Assembly: GCA_036677065.1 (NCBI GenBank)
Contig: JAKFBS010000002.1
Location: 864,001-928,000 of the forward strand
Source of the DNA: Bdellovibrio sp.
GTDB lineage: Bacteria; Bdellovibrionota; Bdellovibrionia; Bdellovibrionales; Bdellovibrionaceae
Direction of reading: 5' to 3'
Length of the DNA: 64,000 bases
This document shows, in pieces, positions 55,984 through 64,000 of this stretch (position 1 is its first letter; the number at the start of each line of letters is the position of its first letter). Both the position numbers and the translations under genes were made by a program. The notes under the pieces were generated by a model. That model was not told the origin of the DNA, ran no database searches, and saw only the letters and a program-made list of their open reading frames with translations.

Positions 55984-56405
55984 GGATTGCCTTTAACTTT
56001 CTTTAATATATAAATAATTTCTTCATCTCCCAATTGAACATGAAGATGTAATTCTGAATCTAAAACATCGAGCTGTGACTGGGTTTGTCGACCTAGCTGC
56101 ATATCTGGATCTTTTTGACAATCCAAGGCATTGTCTGGATTAAGCGCGAAAACTTTTTCACTAAGGATTCCAACGCTATATTTAAATCTTGCGAACCGCT
56201 CACAAAAAGCTATTTCGCTTCGATCCCAATAAAGTCTTTCTGTGCCATTTGCATAGAAGGTCCAAGTTAAATTTAAGTTGGAATCAGGTCTTGGAATACG
56301 CTGGCCCCGATAAATGAGTTCTTCGTACTTCCATTCGCCGGATAAAATTTCTGCGCCTACCGATTGGCAGGCTAACAACAAGAACAGTGTGATTAGAAAT
56401 TTCAT
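55980..56405 (-). CDS. secreted lipocalin-like protein
   Basis: Signal peptide, L.GEW motif, beta-rich sequence. Confidence 0.55.
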   Translation of the reverse strand: MKFLITLFLLLACQSVGAEILSGEWKYEELIYRGQRIPRPDSNLNLTWTFYANGTERLYWDRSEIAFCERFARFKYSVGILSEKVFALNPDNALDCQKDPDMQLGRQTQSQLDVLDSELHLHVQLGDEEIIYILKKVKGNP

Positions 56406-57763
56406 TCTAGCCATCCCCTGCTATCTAGGACCGCCTGAACTTTCAAACGGACACTGGCTTCTTCATTTTTCAAAACATCAACCAGCTCTTCTTCGAACGA
56501 ATCAAAATTTGAAGCCGGCGTTAATCTGAGCAACGTATTCCAAGCTAGCCTTTGAGAAGCCACTGGACCGATAGTTTGCCTAAACTGCCATAACAAACCT
56601 GAAACAATTCCCGAATCGTGATAAAGCCCGTCATTAATATCAGTTCGTTTTAAATTGTTATCAATTGTTCGCTTGTAGCCAGCTTTTTTATAAGAGGCCT
56701 CGCCAAGTTTTGGATTATCTAAAATACTTGCGGTAAAAAAATCGGCAAAAGCCTCATTCAGCGAACCGCCTTGGCCATCATAAGGGAGGGACGCTGTCGC
56801 TTGAATTACCGCATGGATAGATTCATGGATGACTATTGATGGATCCAGGGCCATACCTAAAAAGACGATTCCATCACCTTCACCAAGACGAATTTTGTAA
56901 TTATAATAAAATGCTGTATTTGTCTTTTCAGGAAAACCCACTGAAGTTTCAACCTCTAATAAAAAGGGCAGCTGAAATTTTAAATTTTCTAAAAACCAAT
57001 CTGCCGTCTGATTTAAATAAAAATAAACCTGAACCTGCTCAAACCGCCCGTCTGATTGGGGGTATAAAAACTGATTTTTTTCTGCTCGGGCTAAGACTCC
57101 TGATTTAGATGTGATTTTGAACCACTTAGAATTAAGCATTCCTTCATCAGAAACCCTTTTTAAAATGACCTGGGCGACTTTGCTTTGTAATGGGCCCATC
57201 GGATAAAGCAATGCTGTTGCATCAACAAATTCTGAGCCCAGTTTTTTTACCGTAACGACATTTAAGAATTTATCTAAATACACTGCCGTTAAGTGACCAT
57301 CTTTTTCTTCAAGAATCACCTTCCAGTTTAACTGCAAATCATCAGCACGAATAATTAATTTTGGGGTTTCGATTAACTTTTTCGCAGAAAAGACAGAATG
57401 TGATTTAAGAAATCCAGCGACAAAATACTTTTCGTTTTTCATCAATGAAATCTCGGTTTGCAGACCTAGCGGAATACGTTCAAGCCAACGCTGGGTAATA
57501 AATTTATTTTCTTTAGCATCGAAGATTCGCTTATAGAAACTTCCTTCAATCTCAACGCCGCTAATCTTTTGCGTTTGAAACTCAAGCTGTAAATCACCGA
57601 CATTTAATGATTTACTTTCTGCCTGTAAATTTGGTGGAATTATAACAGAATCATTGCCACTGCTTTTACTCCAACGTAATGGAGTTAGCTTATACGGCGC
57701 GCAGGACTGTACCGTCATTGCGAAAAAACTAACTAGTAAAAGTATTGTTTGAATTCTATTCAT
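56402..57763 (-). CDS. M4/M36 thermolysin-like metallopeptidase (lipoprotein)
   Basis: VQSC lipobox, NTAFY, IHESIH (HExxH), GSLNEAFADF, H.DSG. Confidence 0.85.
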   Translation of the reverse strand: MNRIQTILLLVSFFAMTVQSCAPYKLTPLRWSKSSGNDSVIIPPNLQAESKSLNVGDLQLEFQTQKISGVEIEGSFYKRIFDAKENKFITQRWLERIPLGLQTEISLMKNEKYFVAGFLKSHSVFSAKKLIETPKLIIRADDLQLNWKVILEEKDGHLTAVYLDKFLNVVTVKKLGSEFVDATALLYPMGPLQSKVAQVILKRVSDEGMLNSKWFKITSKSGVLARAEKNQFLYPQSDGRFEQVQVYFYLNQTADWFLENLKFQLPFLLEVETSVGFPEKTNTAFYYNYKIRLGEGDGIVFLGMALDPSIVIHESIHAVIQATASLPYDGQGGSLNEAFADFFTASILDNPKLGEASYKKAGYKRTIDNNLKRTDINDGLYHDSGIVSGLLWQFRQTIGPVASQRLAWNTLLRLTPASNFDSFEEELVDVLKNEEASVRLKVQAVLDSRGWLE

Positions 57764-57783
57764 AACACCACCAGTTTATTTTT

Positions 57784-58200
57784 CTATTCGATTTTTAAAG
57801 TTTTTTGTAAGTAAGTTCCATCGCCATTTAAAAACTTCAGAGTATGTTGACCAGATGCAAGTTTGCCTAAACGTACATCATGATTAAATGGCACTAAGAC
57901 CATAATACATAAGCCCTGGCTTACGGCTGCAACGGCTTTAATTTCATGCTCATAAGTGCTTTTCTCGGCAACTTCAGAGCGTAACCAGCGATAACATCCA
58001 TTTGGATAAACACCATTCACAACAACGTAGGCATCTGCTTCAGAGTCAAAACCACCCGGAATAAAAGCATCGCTGATCGAAATATCAACTTCTTTTGTTT
58101 CTACAGCGTTCGTTTTTGCATTGGCAACATTAGCAGCAGCTAAGGCTAAAGCGGTAATTGTAAGTGCTTTTAAAAAAGATTTCATTTTTAGTGTTTTCAT
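57784..58200 (-). CDS. secreted hypothetical protein
   Basis: Signal peptide; G.YPNGCY...C.MVLVPF...LG.L..G. Confidence 0.75.
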   Translation of the reverse strand: MKTLKMKSFLKALTITALALAAANVANAKTNAVETKEVDISISDAFIPGGFDSEADAYVVVNGVYPNGCYRWLRSEVAEKSTYEHEIKAVAAVSQGLCIMVLVPFNHDVRLGKLASGQHTLKFLNGDGTYLQKTLKIE

Positions 58201-58249
58201 AACTTCCTTTGTTTTTTGTTATCAGCAAATCGCTGTTGATCTAGACCTT

Positions 58250-58265
58250 AGCAAGTGCTGCTCCA
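58250..58265 (-). promoter_or_regulatory. candidate sigma54 promoter
   Basis: Minus strand TGGAGCAGCACTTGCT fits GG-N10-GC. Confidence 0.5.
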
Positions 58266-58304
58266 AGGCCAGACCATGATAAATTTGTTTAGAAGTTATT
58301 TTTT

Positions 58305-58347
58305 TGACAAGATGGCTGAACTTAAAAAGTTTTAATGACAAGATGGC
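58305..58347. repeat. 12-bp direct repeat with 31-bp period
   Basis: TGACAAGATGGC at 58305 and 58336. Confidence 0.8.
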
Positions 58348-58359
58348 ATAATTATTTTT

Positions 58360-59181
58360 TTAAGGACAAATTAAAACAGGTACATTCGCTGAACGGATGA
58401 CTTTACTTGCAACACTTCCAAGCGTTGGAAATCTACTGTTCTTGTCGCGTGGTGCAACAGCGACTAAATCGAAATTTTTAGCTCGGTTAACAACTTTCTC
58501 GACGACATCACCTTTTTCTCTGACTGCTTTAAGATTAGGATGGCTTTTTTGAAACTGCTTAAAATTAAACTCGTCGGCCGACATGATTTCACCATAAATA
58601 TTACTCCATTCAGGGTAATCAAACATATACACGGGCACATGGGCCACATGGTAAATCTCTAATTCGGATTTGAAGATATGACTAAATTTATCAACCTGAT
58701 TCAAAGTATGCTCGGTTTGAGTTCCCAGATCAGATGGGATTAGAACTTTTTTCGGTAATACAACTTTAGTGCCACGATGAACCCAAACCGGAAACGGAGA
58801 TTTTGTGGCCAACCACTCGGCGGTGCTTCCTAAAAAAAAATTAACGATTGAGCTGAACCCTTTATGGCCGACCATAATCATGGGGTCTGCAAATTTTTTA
58901 GCTGCAGCAATCACCTGTTTAGCGGGATAACCGTAACGAATGATAATGTTGTCATCGTCGCCGAGATCATAGGTGGCTTTGATTTGATCGACTAAAGTTT
59001 TTCGTAAATCTTTTTTGGCCCCGTGAATAGAATAATCAAATTCAAAGGCATGAACATAAGTTACCGGCACTTTCATTTCATAACCCAATTTTTGTGCTTC
59101 TTTAACAACAAGTCTTGAGTAGTCAGATAAATCCAGTGCGACGATAAGATTTTTAATATTTTTTAGTGGGCTTTTTTTCAT
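58360..59181 (-). CDS. universal stress protein (tandem USP), paralog of 40923-41738
   Basis: LIVALDLS, MVGHKG...FFLGSTAE, SPFPVWVHRG, LGSVA; SD AGGAG before MKKSP. Confidence 0.9.
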   Translation of the reverse strand: MKKSPLKNIKNLIVALDLSDYSRLVVKEAQKLGYEMKVPVTYVHAFEFDYSIHGAKKDLRKTLVDQIKATYDLGDDDNIIIRYGYPAKQVIAAAKKFADPMIMVGHKGFSSIVNFFLGSTAEWLATKSPFPVWVHRGTKVVLPKKVLIPSDLGTQTEHTLNQVDKFSHIFKSELEIYHVAHVPVYMFDYPEWSNIYGEIMSADEFNFKQFQKSHPNLKAVREKGDVVEKVVNRAKNFDLVAVAPRDKNSRFPTLGSVASKVIRSANVPVLICP

Positions 59182-59191
59182 GGCGTTTCTC

Positions 59192-60196
59192 CTAAATTGA
59201 CAAAACTGTTTTAGATTGTGATACAGAACCTTCGATTTGAAATTCTTTAATGCTTTCGAGAGTTGTTTGCGCAATATGCGCCAGGGCTTCCTGAGTAAGA
59301 AAAGCCTGGTGTGACGTGATTAACACATTTGGAAAAGTCAGAAATCTTGCCAAAGTATCATCTTGCAAAACTTTATTAGAAAGATCGTGAAAAAAAACAC
59401 CTTCTTCTTCCTCATAAACGTCTAAGCCAGCTGCGCCAATTTTACCGCTTTTTAAACCATACAATAAGGCTTTGCTGTCAAGCAGGGCACCCCGTCCCGT
59501 ATTTATAATGAAAACGCCGTCTTTCATTTGTTCAATTCGGGCTCGATCTAATAGATGATGCGTGCTGGGTGTCAGGGGCACATGAAGTGAAATAATATCT
59601 GATTCTTTAACCAAGGTATCTAAATCGGTGTATGTGACCACCCCGTCTTTTTCAAGATCAGGATCAACTTTAATATCAGAAGCTAATACTCGGCAGCCAA
59701 AGCCTTTCATTATGCGGCACATAACTTGACCAATGCGTCCGGTACCGACAATACCAATTGTTTTACCAAAAAGATCAAACCCAACTAGCCCATCGAGTGA
59801 AAAATTTAATTCTCTGACTCTTGAGTGGGCGCGGTGAATTTTTCGGTTCAGTGTTAGCAATAGTCCAACTGCAAATTCAGCGACTGCATGCGGAGAATAC
59901 GCAGGTACACGCGCGACAATTATTTTTTTTTGCATGGCTGCAGTAATATCGACATGATTATAACCCGCTGACCTTAAAGCTATGAGCTTAATTCCCAGAT
60001 TGTTTAAAATTTCAATGCACTGGCTATCAATTTTATCATTAACAAATGAGCATATGACATCTGCATTCTTAGCTAAGAAGGCCGTCTTTGCCGTCAGACG
60101 TGTTTCTAAGAAGTCGATCTTGAAATCGAATTTTTCATTTATTTTACTAAAAACTTCTTTTTCAAAGCCATGAGTATCAAAAAAAGCAATTTTCAT
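59192..60196 (-). CDS. ldhA: D-lactate dehydrogenase (2-hydroxyacid dehydrogenase)
   Basis: FVND, ALRSAGYNHVD, RVPAYSP.AVAE, GTGRIG, INTGRG, GLDVYEEE, TSHQAF.T. Confidence 0.9.
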   Translation of the reverse strand: MKIAFFDTHGFEKEVFSKINEKFDFKIDFLETRLTAKTAFLAKNADVICSFVNDKIDSQCIEILNNLGIKLIALRSAGYNHVDITAAMQKKIIVARVPAYSPHAVAEFAVGLLLTLNRKIHRAHSRVRELNFSLDGLVGFDLFGKTIGIVGTGRIGQVMCRIMKGFGCRVLASDIKVDPDLEKDGVVTYTDLDTLVKESDIISLHVPLTPSTHHLLDRARIEQMKDGVFIINTGRGALLDSKALLYGLKSGKIGAAGLDVYEEEEGVFFHDLSNKVLQDDTLARFLTFPNVLITSHQAFLTQEALAHIAQTTLESIKEFQIEGSVSQSKTVLSI

Positions 60197-60837
60197 TTGG
60201 TGACCTCTTTAGTTTTGCAGCAAGCTGGCAAAAATGGACTGACCGTTTTGACGGCCCGGTAGATTTTTTCTGAAAAAAAATCTTCGCTTGAAATTTGGTG
60301 ATATTTAGGATGGTTTTTCCAAACCTCATGAATTTTATGATCGATAAGAATGGCTGCTTCTGCTGTTTCAATTCTTTGGGGATTATGATGATTATAGTCT
60401 TTCACTGCCGGCGCACGCAGGTGAATAACGGCTTCATACCTGGCATATTCTTTTTCTTTAGTTGTATTTAAACTTTTAAAAAAGTCATCTTCTGATCCTG
60501 GCCAGTACGCCAGGCCATCAAGACTTCCGCGGTCGCACAATCCTAATGACCAACGTTTTTCTTCTTTAAACATAGTCTCTAATTCTTTTTGCACTTCAAA
60601 AATCGCGCGTTGTGCCGAGCGTTCACCGGTAACGCCAGAAATTCTCCAAAACCCGCCGCTAAACAAAATGCTTGCAGCCTCTGGAAGTATCGCCACATGC
60701 TCACAAAAAATTTTTCTAAAAAATTCTAAAACTGCAGTTTTTCCTGCTCCCGGCCCCCCGGTCAAAACGATAAGTCGCGCAGGCTGTTCAACAGCACCGG
60801 AACAAGGTCGATCACAATTGTAAACTTGCTGGTTCAT
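60193..60837 (-). CDS. AAA_28 / NadR-like P-loop kinase-fold protein
   Basis: IVLTGGPGAGKT, PEAA, CDRGSLDG, RIET..AA..ID...W..HP. Confidence 0.85.
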   Translation of the reverse strand: MNQQVYNCDRPCSGAVEQPARLIVLTGGPGAGKTAVLEFFRKIFCEHVAILPEAASILFSGGFWRISGVTGERSAQRAIFEVQKELETMFKEEKRWSLGLCDRGSLDGLAYWPGSEDDFFKSLNTTKEKEYARYEAVIHLRAPAVKDYNHHNPQRIETAEAAILIDHKIHEVWKNHPKYHQISSEDFFSEKIYRAVKTVSPFLPACCKTKEVTK

Positions 60838-60840
60838 AAA

Positions 60841-62205
60841 CTACTCCAAATGAAATTTTTCACCGTGTTCTGGAACATGACAATTCCAGCCAAAGGTTTC
60901 TGTTATTCGTCGACGCAAATCATCCGCAGCCGAAGCTTCGCCATGAGTAATAAATACTTTTTTGGGGTTAATATTAGATTTCTGAAGCCAGTCAAGAATT
61001 TCAGAATAATCTGCATGCGCAGAAACATTATCTAACATTTTAATTTGTGCATTGACCTGAATGTATTCACCATGAACTTTAACTTCTTTAGCCCCGTGCT
61101 CTAGAGCTTCGCCACGGGTACCGGCAGCTTGGTATCCAGTCAGTAAAATCGTATTGTTAGGATCAGAAGCAAAGGCTTTTAAGTGATGCAACACTCTACC
61201 GCCGCCTAACATGCCGCTGGCAGAAATAATTAACATCGGGCCAGACCTTTCGTTGATCTTAATTGATTCTTCAGCCGAGCGTACATATTTAACAAGGTTG
61301 CAGACATCATAACATTCTTCGATTGATAGCTTATGCAAATCTTTATACTTACGTAAAAGTTCATTTACGTTGGTCGCCATCGGGCTATTTAAATACATCG
61401 GCATATTTGGAATTCGGTTTTTTTGTCGTAACAGCCAAATACAATACATCAATGATTGTGAACGCCCGACCGCAAATGCCGGAATTAAAATAACGCCTTT
61501 TTTATTATACGTCTCATTAATCACTTCGGCTAACTCGTCAAGAACGTCAGTGTTATTATGTAAACGATTTCCGTAAGTCGATTCTGTGACCAGATAGTCA
61601 ACACTTTCCATTTTTTCAGGGGGATATAATACATGGTCTTGCGAACGGCCTAAATCGCCAGAAAAACCGATCGATATGCCCGAGATATTAACGATGACCG
61701 AAGCGGCACCTAAGATATGCCCGGCATACTTAAATTTAAAACTTAATGTATCATCAATTTTATGCGAATGATTAAAATCAACGCCGACAAAGTACTCAAG
61801 CGAATGAGTCGCGTCCTCGCTGGTAAACAACGGCAATGCAGGGCTATGTTTTGATTTTTTATATCTATTTAAATAATCAGCCTCTTCTTCCATGAGAAAC
61901 CCAGCATCTGGTAAAAGAATTTTACAGAGATCTTTTGTTGCATGAGTGCAAAATATTTTACCGCGAAATCCCATTTTTATCAGACGCGGAATATAACCTG
62001 AATGATCAATATGGGCATGGGTCAAGATCACTGCATCGATTTCTGATGCCTTGATTGGTAGTTCGTTCCAGTTTTTTAAGCGCAGCGATTTTAAACCCTG
62101 AAAAAGACCGCAGTCGATAAGAATCTTTTTATCTTTAAAGGTGAGTAAATATTTTGAACCTGTTACGGTTCCGGCCCCCCCCAGAAAATGTAGATCAAAT
62201 GCCAT
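60841..62205 (-). CDS. MBL-fold beta-CASP ribonuclease (YSH1-like)
   Basis: GGAGTVTGS, DCGLFQG, THAHIDHSG, AGHILG, ESTYG, PAFAVGR, SASGM..GGR..HH, SAHAD, THGE. Confidence 0.93.
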   Translation of the reverse strand: MAFDLHFLGGAGTVTGSKYLLTFKDKKILIDCGLFQGLKSLRLKNWNELPIKASEIDAVILTHAHIDHSGYIPRLIKMGFRGKIFCTHATKDLCKILLPDAGFLMEEEADYLNRYKKSKHSPALPLFTSEDATHSLEYFVGVDFNHSHKIDDTLSFKFKYAGHILGAASVIVNISGISIGFSGDLGRSQDHVLYPPEKMESVDYLVTESTYGNRLHNNTDVLDELAEVINETYNKKGVILIPAFAVGRSQSLMYCIWLLRQKNRIPNMPMYLNSPMATNVNELLRKYKDLHKLSIEECYDVCNLVKYVRSAEESIKINERSGPMLIISASGMLGGGRVLHHLKAFASDPNNTILLTGYQAAGTRGEALEHGAKEVKVHGEYIQVNAQIKMLDNVSAHADYSEILDWLQKSNINPKKVFITHGEASAADDLRRRITETFGWNCHVPEHGEKFHLE

Positions 62206-62935
62206 TAAGCCCTCCTGTAATTAAGGACGATATACCCATTACCAGTACAAAGTATAAAACAGCTCTGCGAAAATGCTGTGTAGAAATTTTTTTTAAAACT
62301 TTTTTACCTAACCAATTTGCTATTACAACCACGGCCATTAAAATTGGAATGTAAAAATAATGATCTGCTGTCAAATAACCTTTTTTTAAATAAATGAAAA
62401 GTCTGACGATATCACCACCGAAGTCGATTAAAGTAGAAGTTGCTACGAAAGCCACAGGGCTAAGATTAAAAGTAGTGAGCGCCAGTGTTCGCACCGCTCC
62501 GCCCGATCCTAGTAATCCTGTCAGTAGGCCCGAAACCGCACCGCCAATGTAGGGAATCCAGCGTCCAGAAAAAACCTCATTTTTGTTAATGAATAGAAAA
62601 TAGATAGATAACGAGGTCAAAAATAGACCTAATATTATAGAGTGAATACTTTTGGGTAAAAAATCTGAATATTCGGCACCTAATCCAGAAAATAAAATCG
62701 CTGGCAGGCCAAACTTAAACGTCATAATCCAATTAATTTCTTTTCTATAATAAATTGTGCGAACTGAATTACCTAAAACATGTAGGACTGCGGTAAGTGC
62801 TAAAGTGATCTTTAGCGGCTCGACAAGTAAAGCCAACGGCACAAATAAGGCCGAAGTACTTACGCCACTGATCGAACCTACTAGTTCAGAAATAAAGGCT
62901 ATAACAATAAAATAAAACTCTTTCAAATGACTCAT
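62195..62935 (-). CDS. TauE/SafE family membrane protein
   Basis: About 8 TMs, GG.VSG.LTGLLGSGG. Confidence 0.8.
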   Translation of the reverse strand: MSHLKEFYFIVIAFISELVGSISGVSTSALFVPLALLVEPLKITLALTAVLHVLGNSVRTIYYRKEINWIMTFKFGLPAILFSGLGAEYSDFLPKSIHSIILGLFLTSLSIYFLFINKNEVFSGRWIPYIGGAVSGLLTGLLGSGGAVRTLALTTFNLSPVAFVATSTLIDFGGDIVRLFIYLKKGYLTADHYFYIPILMAVVVIANWLGKKVLKKISTQHFRRAVLYFVLVMGISSLITGGLNGI

Positions 62936-63537
62936 CGAAATAGCCGCCGTGGGTTAATCATGCGAGAAAATGAGTTCTCCTGAACCTTGTGCTCTATAAC
63001 TTTCACGGCAAATTCTTGCGCAAACTCACGCACTGCGCTCCAGTCTGTATATTCATAATCTTTAGTGGCATCAGTTTCAACACCGGCTTTTAAGGCGATT
63101 TTTTTCATAAACCATTTGGTGAACCAATTATATTTCGAATACTTTAAGGCTCCTGCAAATATCGCGGATTTCACCGGATACCAACCTACCTCATCAAAGA
63201 AACTTATAATAATTCTGTACTCTTCGTCTTGCGCTGAAAATTTTTTTTCTAATATACCTAAACACACCGAGAAGAATGCAGCAGGTTTTTTTTCTAAAGT
63301 TTCTTTATTGGCTTTAACCCACGCAACCAAGTCATCAGAAAATTTACCATTATGAACAGAAGCACCTATTATGACTGCAGTGTATTCATTTTCAATTCTC
63401 AAGTCTTTAATGGCTTTACAATCAAACATTTCAACTTTTAGCCCTAGTGACAAAAGTTCTTTAGTGACAAACTTAGATATTTTTTTTGTTTGCCCTTCTT
63501 CTGTGGCGTAAACAATTAGAAATTTTTGCATCTGCAC
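62932..63537 (-). CDS. hemG: flavodoxin-type protoporphyrinogen oxidase
   Basis: LIVYAT.EGQT.KI, IGASVH.G, AFFSV.L, FAGAL.YSKY, DYEYTDW..V..F. Confidence 0.85.
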   Translation of the reverse strand: MQMQKFLIVYATEEGQTKKISKFVTKELLSLGLKVEMFDCKAIKDLRIENEYTAVIIGASVHNGKFSDDLVAWVKANKETLEKKPAAFFSVCLGILEKKFSAQDEEYRIIISFFDEVGWYPVKSAIFAGALKYSKYNWFTKWFMKKIALKAGVETDATKDYEYTDWSAVREFAQEFAVKVIEHKVQENSFSRMINPRRLFR

Positions 63538-63539
63538 CT

Positions 63540-64000
63540 CTATTTTTTGTCTAAGTTAATAACGCCTTTAGTGTTGATAAGTTTTTGCAAAGATTCTAAT
63601 TCATCTTTCACATCGCCAGGTAAATTCGTGCCAGCAGAACCAGAATAGCTGAAGATCATTTCTTTTTCATATTCGCTGTAGCATTTTTTAGCTATAGGTA
63701 AAGTTGGATATTCAGTCACACATTCTTTAAGATAAAGATCGGCTAAGGAATAAAAAAAGTTGTGATTAATCATTCGGTCACTAACTGCAAGCCAGTAAAG
63801 TATTTCAGGTGTCGATTTCGTTTTTTGGTGTGTGAAAAGATATTCATACAATATGCCTGACGTATATAAATGTGTTACTAAGTCTGGGCCGTAGGATTGA
63901 TTATTTGCTTTTGCAGTTTTTGGATCCAGACGTGTGCGGGCGAATTTTAAAATTTCTTTTTCGCCGGCGATTTTTGGATCAATAGCATGATCTAACTGCC
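63540..64000 (-). CDS. C-terminal part of a helical/TPR-like hypothetical protein entering from the right edge
   Basis: The frame stays open to the window end (QLDHAIDPKIAGEKEILKFAR...YLKECV...AKKCY..Y....YSGSAGTNLP). Confidence 0.7.
   Translation of the reverse strand, partial: QLDHAIDPKIAGEKEILKFARTRLDPKTAKANNQSYGPDLVTHLYTSGILYEYLFTHQKTKSTPEILYWLAVSDRMINHNFFYSLADLYLKECVTEYPTLPIAKKCYSEYEKEMIFSYSGSAGTNLPGDVKDELESLQKLINTKGVINLDKK

Overview
Bacterial chromosomal window. Gene content and style (many secreted hydrolases and lipoproteins, a subtilase-PilZ fusion, a TIGR02147-like HTH, sigma54/sigma28-like promoters) suggest a Bdellovibrionaceae-like predator; this is inference. Positions 1-24.3 kb are mostly housekeeping and envelope genes (folE, ABC exporter pair, mgtE, M17 peptidase, apaG, pcp, pdxH, FKBP PPIase). 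At 24319 an elongator tRNA-Met is followed by about 10 kb of accessory DNA. This DNA is divided into cassette-like blocks by at least five same-strand copies, full or partial, of a ~112-bp multi-hairpin element. One copy also carries a 12-bp duplicate of the tRNA 3' end. No integrase is visible in the window. The last block is the best candidate for a new system: two paralogous helical-hairpin + winged-helix proteins and a HEPN-motif protein in one operon, plus a divergent second HEPN-motif gene whose ~100-nt leader can fold in two mutually exclusive ways, one of which hides the ribosome-binding site. Positions 34.7-64 kb hold a FabR/desaturase pair with an unannotated coupled small ORF, an Ig-repeat/LamG lipoprotein, NO-stress genes (nsrR, nnrS, truncated haemoglobin), a VxrAB-like two-component system, a sulfane-sulfur module, a Phe/Tyr catabolic operon that also contains trhP and chorismate mutase, and a hemG/beta-CASP/ldhA/USP operon. 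All calls come from reading motifs by eye; no database searches were run.
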